Source of the DNA: Nitrospirota bacterium
GTDB taxonomy: Bacteria; Nitrospirota; Thermodesulfovibrionia; Thermodesulfovibrionales; Dissulfurispiraceae
Length of the DNA: 64,000 nucleotides
NCBI GenBank assembly: GCA_963790025.1
Contig: CAWBMP010000005.1
Location: 96,001-160,000 of the forward strand
Direction: 5' to 3'
Every line of letters starts with the position of its first letter. Position 1 is the first letter of the stretch. Positions 39,592 to 48,878 of the stretch are shown here, piece after piece. The translations under genes were made by a program, and so were the position numbers. Below the pieces are notes generated by a model that was not told the DNA's origin, did not search any database, and saw nothing but the letters and a program-made list of their open reading frames with translations.

Positions 39592-40911
39592 ATGAAAAAG
39601 AATACTGTTTCGGTGGGTATCATAGGATTCGGAACTGTTGGTTCAGGTACAGTGCGTATCCTGCTCGAAAGCGCTCCTATTCTCAAAGAGAGGACAGGCT
39701 TTGATATCGATCTGAAGAGAATAGCGGACCTCGATGTCATCAGAGACAGGGGGATCAGCGTTCCTGCGGGTGTCCTGACTACAGATGCAGCAGCAGTAAT
39801 CAACGATCCCGAAATTGATATTGTCGTTGAGCTTATGGGAGGCATTCATCCTGCAAAGGAATTCATACTCCAGGCGATCAGGAATAAAAAGCATGTGGTC
39901 ACGGCCAATAAGGCGCTGCTTGCCACAGAGGGGAATGAACTGTTTGCCGAGGCTGAGCGCTGCGGTGTTGAAATAGGGTTCGAGGCATCTGCCGCCGGGG
40001 GCATCCCTATAATTAAAGTGCTAAGAGAGGGCCTGATAGCCAACAGGATTATCGCCGTATACGGCATTATCAACGGGACGTCGAATTATATCTTTACAAA
40101 GATGACCGAAGAGAAGGTCGAATTCTCTGTTGCTCTTAAAGAGGCGCAGCGGCTGGGGTATGCGGAAGCCGATCCAACGTTCGATATCGAGGGCATCGAT
40201 TCCGCCCATAAACTCACCATTCTTGCTTCGCTGGCCCATGGTATTCCTCTGTCGTATAACGAAGTCTATAAAGAGGGCATTACAAAAATAACGGCCCAGG
40301 ATATCGTTTTTGCCTCTGAACTCGGTTACAAGGTGAAGCTGCTGGCGATCACAAAGGCGACAGATGAGGGCATCGAGATGCGGGTGCATCCCACTATGGT
40401 GCCGAATGAATATTTGATCTCAAAGGTCGATGGTGTCTTCAATGCGGTGTATGTGCAGGGTGACGCGGTCGGCTCTACACTTTATTACGGCAGGGGCGCC
40501 GGAGACATGCCGACAGGAAGCGCCGTTGTTGCCGATATTATAGATATCGGACGAAATATAATGTGTGGCGGTGTCATGCGCATTCCGTGCATTCAGGCCA
40601 AAGGTGCGACAGGCACAGGGGCCAAAAAGATCAAAAGGATGGATGACATCGAGAGTATGTACTATTTCAGATTTTCCGCGCTGGATCAGCCGGGTGTCCT
40701 GTCGAAGATATCGGGCATTCTCGGCAAATATAATATCAGCATTGTCTCTGTCATCCAGAAAGGCAGGAGTGTTGTGGGCTCTGTTCCGCTTGTCGTGCTC
40801 GCGCACAGGTCCAGGGAAAAGGATGTCATTAGTGCGATAAGGGAGATCGATGACCTGCATGTTGTTTCGGAAAAAACGGTGTTCATCAGAGTCGAGGGCA
40901 GCGAAGAGTAG
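39592..40911 (+). CDS. hom: Homoserine dehydrogenase with ACT domain
   Basis: GFGTVG, VVTANK, GIINGTSNY, YAEADP, GRGAG..PT.SAV, C-terminal DQPGVL ACT domain. Confidence 0.96.
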   Translation: MKKNTVSVGIIGFGTVGSGTVRILLESAPILKERTGFDIDLKRIADLDVIRDRGISVPAGVLTTDAAAVINDPEIDIVVELMGGIHPAKEFILQAIRNKKHVVTANKALLATEGNELFAEAERCGVEIGFEASAAGGIPIIKVLREGLIANRIIAVYGIINGTSNYIFTKMTEEKVEFSVALKEAQRLGYAEADPTFDIEGIDSAHKLTILASLAHGIPLSYNEVYKEGITKITAQDIVFASELGYKVKLLAITKATDEGIEMRVHPTMVPNEYLISKVDGVFNAVYVQGDAVGSTLYYGRGAGDMPTGSAVVADIIDIGRNIMCGGVMRIPCIQAKGATGTGAKKIKRMDDIESMYYFRFSALDQPGVLSKISGILGKYNISIVSVIQKGRSVVGSVPLVVLAHRSREKDVISAIREIDDLHVVSEKTVFIRVEGSEE

Positions 40912-41097
40912 GGCAGCTTATATCGAGAACATCTCACCTTTCCAACCGGACTTTTATGCCATGCGGGTGAGTTGGGGATTTTGTCAGAATGTCTTTTACT
41001 ATCCCCTCGGTCAACTTACCGGTCCCCTGGTCTTTTTTTAAAACGATCGAAACCCTTAACCCCGATTTTATATCAGCACGATCTGTACCGCTCATAT

Positions 41098-41313
41098 TCA
41101 GTTCTCCGGCGCCTTAAGCGTGTCTGTCGTTATCTCTGCACTGTAAGTGCGTTTGCAATGCGCACACTCAAGCAACAGCCTTATCCCATCGGCAATCTCT
41201 TTTATGCCTGCATTGTGCTGTTGTAATATATTCTCCAGGATCTTTCGGATGTCCTGCTCTTGCTCCGTTTTAAGTTGATTTTCCTCTCCGCACCAGCTGC
41301 AAGTCGTTTCCAA
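41098..41313 (-). CDS. Small hypothetical protein with two CxxC pairs (zinc-ribbon-like)
   Basis: CSWC and CAHC; TTG start after AGAGG. Confidence 0.5.
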   Translation of the reverse strand: METTCSWCGEENQLKTEQEQDIRKILENILQQHNAGIKEIADGIRLLLECAHCKRTYSAEITTDTLKAPEN

Positions 41314-41433
41314 TTATTACCGCCTCTATATTGTGAACCTATCATACTACTTCCGGCTAGTGTAGTAAAAATGGTGCTACATGTGCATTGGCGTCAATAG
41401 TGTATACTTTAGTGAGAGAATGCAGCAAAGGAG

Positions 41434-41814
41434 TTGAAATTGAATATACTTGTGAGAAACCTGCCGAGGGAACTAACTGAAAAGGATATCTTCAAGCTGT
41501 TCCAGCCGTTTGGAGAGATATTGTCAGTCAACCTCGTACTGGATGGGGCAACAGGCAGGTCAAAAGGCTTTGGCTTTGTCGAGATGCCCGAGTATTTCCA
41601 AGCCGTGGCGGCGATAAATGCCTTGAACGGCAGACTCATCGGCGGCGAAAAGATTCGTGTGAAGACTACAAATCAGCCCGATAGGTCAAGGCCGAAGCTC
41701 TTTGGGGATAAAGCGGAAAAGAGCGGTGGCAAAGAAATAAACAGCCGCAAAGGGAAAACGCACGGCGTACAATCTAAACAACCCTCCAGCCGTGGGCGTC
41801 GGGAAAAGCACTGA
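41434..41814 (+). CDS. RRM (RNP-1) RNA-binding protein with basic tail
   Basis: ILVRNL (RNP2), TGRSKGFGFVEM (RNP1), AINALNG. Confidence 0.9.
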   Translation: MKLNILVRNLPRELTEKDIFKLFQPFGEILSVNLVLDGATGRSKGFGFVEMPEYFQAVAAINALNGRLIGGEKIRVKTTNQPDRSRPKLFGDKAEKSGGKEINSRKGKTHGVQSKQPSSRGRREKH

Positions 41815-42431
41815 AACTGTCCACAATCGGTTTTACCATAAATTCGCGGTAACCAGGACCTTAGCTCGGTCCTTAAGCCCCATAGCATTTTTTTGCACTC
41901 AGAGCGGCGTGCATGCCGAGGGGATGTTGCTTCATTTTCGTCATAAGCCGTTCCACATTCTCGGGAGCATAGTTATAGAGTTCCTGCTTTTTACGTAATC
42001 AAGGAAAATGATGGAGAGAAGGTGTCCTGTTCGAATGTCGTTGCAAGGATCCCCCAGGAGATACTGGAAACAGAGGATGAAGTAGATAAGGAACGTGAAC
42101 ATTTTTGGGTGGATGGACTATACAGCCATCCAAGGTACCGAGTCCCACCAGTTCCGAAATCACTGGCACCGTTTGTATCCAAAAAAAACAAACAAGAAGA
42201 TTTAGATACTTATTTTTGAAACCTGCATTAGTTGCATTACGGTGAAACTGTTGAATTTTAGAAGTTCGAGGGAGAATATTAACAGCAGTACTGTTGCAAG
42301 ATAGGCAATTCGAGAAAAACAAATGTACAGGAAGAAAGTGAGATGCTATCGTCACGAGTCCGGGATCTCACTCTTTCTGGCAATCTTGCGTTAACATGTC
42401 TGAACAATATGTGATCGATTTCCTTCGCAAT

Positions 42432-42770
42432 CTACGTTTTTTTGCCCATCGAAAATGCTTTGCCGATATGTCTGCCAATACCATAATAGGCGCTTTGCCC
42501 GGTATCGAAAATAAACGGTCTGACCTTCAGGATGTCCAGCTTGCCATCTTCGCCAAGCACCGACTCTTCGGCCTTGATGTCTATGATCTCACCAATGAAT
42601 TGCGTGTGGAGACCTATTTCCAACGTATGGATAACCTTGCACTCTATCACAACAGGGAACTCTTTTATGTATGGAGCGTCAACCAACTCACTTCGAACAG
42701 GAGTCAGATTTGTCATAGCAAACTTGTCGATATTTCGGGGAGAAACCAAAATTTCTTGATCACAGGCTAT
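42432..42770 (-). pseudogene. Flavin reductase / flavoredoxin C-terminal fragment
   Basis: DKF..NLTPVRSELVDAPYIKEFPV.IEC..HT..IG.HTQFIGEI..YY..G..IGKAFS.GK is present; the N-terminal half is not recognisable. Confidence 0.7.
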
Positions 42771-42964
42771 TGATCCCACTTCTTTCTGGTAAGCAACACG
42801 TGCTACTAACCTGATTGCACTGATGGTTACGGTTGGAAAAAAATACTTTTGTGACACCTCAAGGTATCCAGTTGGTCGTTTCTTTTATCCAGCAATTCCC
42901 TGATATATAGCGCTCTCACTTGTGATCAGAGACTAACTTTGCGAGGTGATTTGATATTGAACGA

Positions 42965-43780
42965 TCAGTCCCACATTTCAGCTTCAGATTTCCTCCAGCC
43001 AAGTAATGTGCAACACCTTGCAACATTGTCAGAGATGTTACCAGTTGAATAAACTGCCAGGTGATATGGCTGTCTGTGCAGGAAGCTCACAGGACCACGC
43101 ATACCGTCAGGAGGAGAAGGCCAGATTACAGTTGCCCTTTTCTTATCAAAGGTAAATAATTCTAAAACAACCTTCAGTCCAGGCTTTAACATAGTTTTTA
43201 ATGAATCAATGATGGTTTCCCATAGAATATTATCCGGTCCAAAAAGATCTACAAGAATGAAAAGTGTATCAATGCTTTCGGGGAGACGAATGCGATTGAG
43301 ATGAGAAGCATCTGCTAATAAGGCATGGTTTTCTTGGCGTTCCTCGTATAGTTGCTCCCGAAGGGTGGTCATTGTATCATGATTTTTTTCTGATAGTATT
43401 AGGTATGGATTGCTGACTCCCATTTCTTTCAGTGTATCTATAGCTAATCCAGCAGAGCATCTGTAATTCTTGCCATTTATGATTGCCCGTTCAGCATCCA
43501 TATAATCTTTATAGGATTGGTATAGGGACAGCTCACTACATACTTCCTTTATCCAGTGGGCATGTTTAGGGCATGAAACATTCAGCAGGAAAGCATGAGT
43601 TTCCATATAAGCAAAGCCGTGTTCATTGTGGCGTGCAAGAAGTTTAAGCAAATTAATAAGAGCTGCATGCTTGAGAATATCTCCAAGGTTTCCAACATTG
43701 CCGTATTGTGGATTGCAATTCATAATGCCGTAATGGTTCAACAAGCTAAAAAATCTTTTTTTCACGGACACCTGTTTCAC
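42965..43780 (-). CDS. RlmJ-like Rossmann methyltransferase-fold protein, divergent
   Basis: GNLGDILKH and YMETHA resemble RlmJ GNHADVLKH / YLDTHAG; Y.CS and LSE follow; the DPPY position reads DLFG. Confidence 0.55.
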   Translation of the reverse strand: MKQVSVKKRFFSLLNHYGIMNCNPQYGNVGNLGDILKHAALINLLKLLARHNEHGFAYMETHAFLLNVSCPKHAHWIKEVCSELSLYQSYKDYMDAERAIINGKNYRCSAGLAIDTLKEMGVSNPYLILSEKNHDTMTTLREQLYEERQENHALLADASHLNRIRLPESIDTLFILVDLFGPDNILWETIIDSLKTMLKPGLKVVLELFTFDKKRATVIWPSPPDGMRGPVSFLHRQPYHLAVYSTGNISDNVARCCTLLGWRKSEAEMWD

Positions 43781-43995
43781 ACCTCCAGAACCGGCATTTC
43801 ATAATCTTGTTGCAACTATGGTCTCAAAATAGGCATAAGCATGCTCCGTTAACTCACTTATGAATAACGTTGGGGTTCTTATTGTCCTCTATTTACCCCA
43901 ATTTCAATTAGTTCCATTAAACCATCTCAAGGACTTTTGCTGATAATTACTCAAAGAATTACAGACCTTCAGCTAAGACTTATGGTTAGCAGTAT

Positions 43996-44688
43996 TCAAT
44001 CTCCTGTCAGGGAGATGCGGAATTCTATGACAGCATTAAGCTTGGATAATGTTTCCGAGAGGCGTAACATGCTTTCCCTGCTTCGGGTCTGAATCAGCAT
44101 GTCATATTCAAAGCACTTTCCTCCTTCCGCAAGAGAATAACTCAGCTTCGAAATCTTGACACCGTGACTCGAAACAAGTTCTCGCAAATCCTTTTCGGAC
44201 ATAGCCCCTTCCCGGCAGAAACGCAATGAATGCTGAGCGTAGATAAGGGCTGGTATTTTTGATTCGATCCACCTGAAAATGGTTAGAGTCCCAAGAGTAA
44301 GAGCTGTTTGAATACATACCGCGGTATAAAAACCAACACCGGCCAGAATCCCTATTGCAGCAGTAATCCATATACATGCTGCCGTTGTGAGGCCGCGTAT
44401 GGAAAGTCCTTCCTTCATGATAACTCCCGCGCCGAGAAAACCGATGCCGGTCATTATGCCCTGGGCCATACGTGTCGGATCAACCCGTACGGTTTCGGTC
44501 GCGGCAGCATGAAACCATTGTCCCTGATGAATTGTGACATGCATAAGGAGGGCAGATGCCATGCACACGATAGTGTGGGTGCGAAACCCCGCGGCATGGC
44601 CGTTATAGCTTCGTTCGAGCCCTATCAGCCCTCCTGCGATCATTGCCACAATCAAGTGCAACAAAATATCAAAGAAATCGCTGTTCAT
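43996..44688 (-). CDS. mgtC: MgtC/SapB family membrane protein
   Basis: GLIGLER..HAAGFRTH, DPTRMAQGIMTGIGFLGAG, GLTTAA.IW. Confidence 0.93.
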   Translation of the reverse strand: MNSDFFDILLHLIVAMIAGGLIGLERSYNGHAAGFRTHTIVCMASALLMHVTIHQGQWFHAAATETVRVDPTRMAQGIMTGIGFLGAGVIMKEGLSIRGLTTAACIWITAAIGILAGVGFYTAVCIQTALTLGTLTIFRWIESKIPALIYAQHSLRFCREGAMSEKDLRELVSSHGVKISKLSYSLAEGGKCFEYDMLIQTRSRESMLRLSETLSKLNAVIEFRISLTGD

Positions 44689-44759
44689 CACGAATCTAAC
44701 CGGAACAGGTTATTAATGAGAAAATCTATCATATCATTTAAAATATTCATCCGTAGCAA

Positions 44760-45287
44760 TTAATTCCCCTCTACGTGTGCGAACAGTGTATGCCAGCGGT
44801 CTTCCGGTAAAGGATATTTCCTGCAGATTGCTTTCCGTTCAATGGCAAAGTCCATAGCTTCCCACGGTTGTAGTTTTTTTATTTGGGCTGTCGCAGTCAG
44901 GAAATAATCGGTCAGGCTGTTGTTAATTTGAATTAATTTCTCAGCCTTGAAGCTATCACCATATAAATGAAAAACAATATTTTGCTGCGTAGACATTAAA
45001 TTAAATATCCGTTCTCCTTTTTTGCCTGTCTCGTGGTAATCAATCCACGTCTCGAAAAAATGCTTTATATCAGGACCAAGCATGAACATTATGGTCAGCA
45101 ATCCTACCCTGTTTTGAATATATAGACCCGAGCAAATAGTGATAACCGGATTTATAAGTTTATTGCAGATTACGTCTGACTTCTCTCGCGCGAGAAAATT
45201 GACAGACTCCTCTTGATAGCATGAGAGAGTGCAAATGGCGCCGCCTGGTCGTATGTGGTGGATAAGCGGTTCAGAATCGGACAGCAT
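44760..45287 (-). CDS. Hypothetical protein
   Basis: 175-aa ORF with upstream GAGGGGAG RBS in an AT-rich patch; no recognisable motif. Confidence 0.55.
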   Translation of the reverse strand: MLSDSEPLIHHIRPGGAICTLSCYQEESVNFLAREKSDVICNKLINPVITICSGLYIQNRVGLLTIMFMLGPDIKHFFETWIDYHETGKKGERIFNLMSTQQNIVFHLYGDSFKAEKLIQINNSLTDYFLTATAQIKKLQPWEAMDFAIERKAICRKYPLPEDRWHTLFAHVEGN

Positions 45288-45821
45288 AATCTTTCTTCTC
45301 CCTCACTGATATTTAAATAACACTCTAAATGCTGTGCTCAAGTGACTAAAAGATAATAAAATAACCATTACTTACCTACTTTTAATTTACAAGATGGTAT
45401 GTGATTTTGCAACAATTGTTCGAGTTGGTGTGAACCGGCTTTCAATTATGACCCGCCTGTATCTTGACAAATTGATTGGATACAAATTTATATTGGTTAA
45501 ACTGGGTGACGATACTGGTCAAAATTGCAAGCCGATTCACACCCTGATATTTTATTTTGCTCCTGCAATCTCAACTCATTCACTGATCAGTAAAATAAAA
45601 GGCCGAACAGCCCATAGTGATTTTGCAGGTCGGCCGTCTTTTGTTACAAGATACATAACTTTCCGTCCTCTCCTAACGAAGGGTTTAGCTTGAAAGGTTA
45701 AACATAACGAATAAAATTACGATTATCAATAAATTATTCATCTCATTATTCAGCTAACAAGGGGCCAAAATGTTGTTGACATGCCATTTGAACATCTACT
45801 AAGCTACTGGACAGATAACAT

Positions 45822-46442
45822 ATGAAGTTCTTTTTTCCCAAAGAAATAAATTTTTTCGAACTCTTTGACATAGCGTCGCGGAATGTCATCAAAGGAGCGT
45901 CTCTTTTAGTCGCCTTACTCCAGAACATGGATAATCTTGAGATCCTTTCGAAGGAGGTTCGGGAATGCGAAAAGGAGGGCGACTCCATGACCCAAGATAT
46001 CATCAAAAAACTCAGCAAGACTTTCATCACGCCGATTGACCGCGAGGACCTTCATGCTTTGACTATAAAAATCGACGACGTTATCGACATAATATGGGTT
46101 TGCGTAGAACGATTTACGATTTTTAAACTGCGGAGTTCTACACCTGAAGCTGTCGCCATGGCTAGGGAACTGATGGCAACGACTGAGATCATGAGCAAGG
46201 CTGTTACAGCACTTAGGAACAAAAAATATTCATATGTCCAGGAATGCTGTATCGAGATTAATAGCTTTGAAAACCGGATTGACAGGCTTTACCGCCAGAC
46301 TCTCGTGAAACTCTTCGATGAAGTCAAAGACCCTATATTCATTATAAAATGGATGGAAATTTACGAATACCTGGAGAAAGCGTCCGATGCATGTGAGGAT
46401 GTGGCAAACATTCTCGAGGCAATAGTCCTTAAAACTGCATAA
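45822..46442 (+). CDS. DUF47 (PhoU-like, Pit-accessory) protein
   Basis: FFPKE..FF.LF, E.EGD, TFITPIDRED, E.LE..SD.CEDVAN.LE.IVLK. Confidence 0.9.
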   Translation: MKFFFPKEINFFELFDIASRNVIKGASLLVALLQNMDNLEILSKEVRECEKEGDSMTQDIIKKLSKTFITPIDREDLHALTIKIDDVIDIIWVCVERFTIFKLRSSTPEAVAMARELMATTEIMSKAVTALRNKKYSYVQECCIEINSFENRIDRLYRQTLVKLFDEVKDPIFIIKWMEIYEYLEKASDACEDVANILEAIVLKTA

Positions 46443-46486
46443 TTCTTTTTCCCTGCTGGTCTCAATATCAACATGCTGCCAGTCAA

Positions 46487-46819
46487 TCATGATTGTGGCT
46501 TGCCAGCCCTCCGAGGTCTTGTTCGCTGCCTATAGAACTTCTCTTTCTCTGCATCAGGAATGAACTCGAAAGCTTTTTCGATGAATTCTTTGAGCTCTTT
46601 CAAAAAAGGATACCGGGGATTAAAAGTATACAATCTTACTTTTCCGACAAGTCTACTTGCTACAATGCCGCTGTCTTCAAGCCTTTTGAGTTGCTGCTGA
46701 ATCCTGTTTACGGGAACTTCAAAGGTTTTTGCCATACCTAAAGGATAGCCCTCACCATAGGTGGCGATAAAGAAGAAGATTTTCTCAATAATAATGTTTC
46801 CGAAAAGACCCTCAAGCAT
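46487..46819 (-). CDS. Winged-helix DNA-binding protein (antitoxin-like)
   Basis: IQQQLKRLEDSGIV.SRLVG..RLY.FNPRYPF..EL; RBS AAGGAGG. Confidence 0.8.
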   Translation of the reverse strand: MLEGLFGNIIIEKIFFFIATYGEGYPLGMAKTFEVPVNRIQQQLKRLEDSGIVASRLVGKVRLYTFNPRYPFLKELKEFIEKAFEFIPDAEKEKFYRQRTRPRRAGKPQS

Positions 46820-46829
46820 GACTCCTCCT

Positions 46830-46867
46830 TACCATAATCATTGGTATTAATACCATATATTATGGTA
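46830..46867. promoter_or_regulatory. Palindromic operator upstream of the wHTH gene
   Basis: Two TACCA-N7-TGGTA units separated by TTAA, forming a near-perfect 38-bp palindrome. Confidence 0.75.
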
Positions 46868-46894
46868 GAGATATCAAGTGATTCGAATTTATGA

Positions 46895-48253
46895 CTAATG
46901 AGGGTTAAGTTTTTTCCTGAGGGTCAAGCGGTTTATACCGAGGATGCGCGCGGCCTCTGATTGGTTCTCCCGGGTGTGCGATAAAACATAATCGAAAATA
47001 GGTCTGTCCACTTCACGGTGTATGCTTTCATAAATATTCTTGTCCTTCTGTGCAATGGCCTGCCTTAACATCGGGATTATCACCGGGCCAAGTGTTTCGG
47101 CAGTCGTTCCCTTCTTGTATAGTGCCTGCTGGTTGACTCCGAGTTCTTTGATCTCCTGAGTGGTGAGGAAATGCGTCTTGCTCAGGGCAATGGCGGAACG
47201 TAACGTATTCTCCAGCTCTCTTATATTTCCGGGCCATTCATAGGCCTGGAGTTTTTTAAGAAATGCCTTTGTGATGCCCTTGATGGGTCTTGGCCCGGTA
47301 TTACGGTAACGGTCAACAAAAAAATTTACCAGGGGGAGAATATCTTTTCTGCGTTCGCGCAGCGGCGGGATATGTATTGTTGCCACGCGAATCCGGTGAA
47401 GCAGGTCCTCTCTGAAGGCCCCCTCTTTCACCATCGATGCGAGGTCCCTGTTTGTTGCAGAAATCACACGAACATTCACCTGCTCTTCCCTGATGCTGCC
47501 AATAGGATAAAACGTTTGAGTCTGCAGAAAGCGGAGCAGTTTTCCCTGCAAAGAAAGCGGCAACTCGGCTATCTCGTCGAAAAAGACCGTGCCTTCATCA
47601 GCGATCTTCAGCATTCCGGCCTTTGCCGAGACTGCGCCGGTAAAGGCACCCTTTTCAAAGCCGAAAAGTTCAGATTCAAGGAGCGTTTCAGGAACGGCAG
47701 CGCAGTTAACTACGACGAAGGGTTTCCCGAAACGTGAGGAAAGCTGGGCTATGGATTCAGCGATGAGTTCCTTTCCGGTACCCGTCTCGCCGGTTACCAG
47801 GACCGGGACCTCTGCCTGGGACAGCCGTGCCAGTTTTTTACAGACTTCCATAATGATCGGCGAACTCCCCACTATTGCACAGGTCGGCGCCGGCGGCAGG
47901 TTTTTAATGGGGATAGGATCCTGCAGTTCCTCTCCCATTTCATGGAGTTCCTGAAGTAATTGAAGCACGGTCTCCCGCTGCAGCGGACGATGGATTATTT
48001 CGTATGCTCCGAATGTCACTGCCTCCATCACAGGCTCGGTCCGTTTTAACTTTGTGACTGCAATAATAATGTTGGCGCGGCCCAGTTCTTTAATAAGCCC
48101 GGTCTTGACCGTATCGATATCGAAGAAGATAAATGCGTTGTGAAGGCCTGACGCGTGGGTGACTATTGTGGATCCCTTTGGGAGTACTCCCGAAAGTTCT
48201 TCACTCAGCGCCGCATCTCCGGTTAACAAAACCACTTCGTTTTTTCTTTTCAT
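46895..48253 (-). CDS. Sigma54-dependent activator (degenerate receiver, AAA+, Fis HTH)
   Basis: GETGTGKE, ESELFG..KGAFTGA, FFDEI, WPGNIREL, NQSEAARILGINR.TLRKK. Confidence 0.93.
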   Translation of the reverse strand: MKRKNEVVLLTGDAALSEELSGVLPKGSTIVTHASGLHNAFIFFDIDTVKTGLIKELGRANIIIAVTKLKRTEPVMEAVTFGAYEIIHRPLQRETVLQLLQELHEMGEELQDPIPIKNLPPAPTCAIVGSSPIIMEVCKKLARLSQAEVPVLVTGETGTGKELIAESIAQLSSRFGKPFVVVNCAAVPETLLESELFGFEKGAFTGAVSAKAGMLKIADEGTVFFDEIAELPLSLQGKLLRFLQTQTFYPIGSIREEQVNVRVISATNRDLASMVKEGAFREDLLHRIRVATIHIPPLRERRKDILPLVNFFVDRYRNTGPRPIKGITKAFLKKLQAYEWPGNIRELENTLRSAIALSKTHFLTTQEIKELGVNQQALYKKGTTAETLGPVIIPMLRQAIAQKDKNIYESIHREVDRPIFDYVLSHTRENQSEAARILGINRLTLRKKLNPH

Positions 48254-48351
48254 GTATAAATAGTATGCACTATGATTATTTATTATGCAATTATAATCTT
48301 CAGCATAGTCTTCAGCCCCGACTATTTCTTTTTATTTCAATCACTTTTTGC

Positions 48352-48368
48352 CTGGCATAACTATTGCT
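48352..48368 (+). promoter_or_regulatory. Sigma54 (-24/-12) promoter
   Basis: cTGGCAtaactaTTGCT with GG-N10-GC spacing, divergent from the sigma54 activator. Confidence 0.8.
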
Positions 48369-48414
48369 GTACTTTGGATAAAGTGCAAAACTAAACAAGG
48401 GAGCGTGAAGGGAC

Positions 48415-48732
48415 ATGGAAACAGCAAGTGTATGCGGGCTTTGTCTGGGACGGTTGAAATACCAGATCGATAATGCGAAAAAGAGGGCAGCGGCTGATAG
48501 CAGACGGGTGCGCAGCGGAAGGGTCTTGCTGGAGAGTTATTACACCGGCGAACCGGATGAAATCATAGATATCCTTGAGCTTTATCATGTAAAAGACCGG
48601 ACACTTGAGGGGGTAGTAGAGACGCTCGCTGAACTGTCCTATTCAGCATCGGTGCTTACCAGGGAGTCGCTTCATTTTGACTTTGATAAAGAGGGTCACT
48701 TCGGGCTATATCTTTCCCTCTGCAAACAATAA
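48415..48732 (+). CDS. Hypothetical protein with N-terminal CxxC
   Basis: 105-aa ORF just downstream of the sigma54 promoter; RBS AAGGGA. Confidence 0.7.
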   Translation: METASVCGLCLGRLKYQIDNAKKRAAADSRRVRSGRVLLESYYTGEPDEIIDILELYHVKDRTLEGVVETLAELSYSASVLTRESLHFDFDKEGHFGLYLSLCKQ

Positions 48733-48759
48733 GAAAATAAGTAGTTAAGGAATAAAAAC

Positions 48760-48840
48760 AAGTGAAAAGTAATAAGTAAAAAGTAGAGACGAAGACATTT
48801 TCTTTTGTTTCTTTCACTTTTTACTTCTTACTTTTTACTT
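48760..48840. repeat. Heptamer-repeat inverted hairpin
   Basis: aagtgaa aagtaat aagtaaa aagtaga ... ttcactt tttactt cttactt tttactt. Confidence 0.75.
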
Positions 48841-48878
48841 GATATATTCTATAATCGTACAGGGAGGCCGTAGAGACC

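Noticed and set aside
41940..42219. Open + strand frame ending ...DLDTYF
   Set aside because: No clear start or RBS and no recognisable family; may be a remnant but is unsupported.
42860..45800. Possible integron cassette array (AT-rich, co-oriented minus-strand ORFs)
   Set aside because: No convincing RYYYAAC...GTTRRRY attC pairs after the stop codons and no integrase.
45394..45800. 99-aa ORF and possible pho boxes upstream of the DUF47 gene
   Set aside because: The ORF looks like intergenic noise, and no clean 11-bp direct-repeat periodicity was found.
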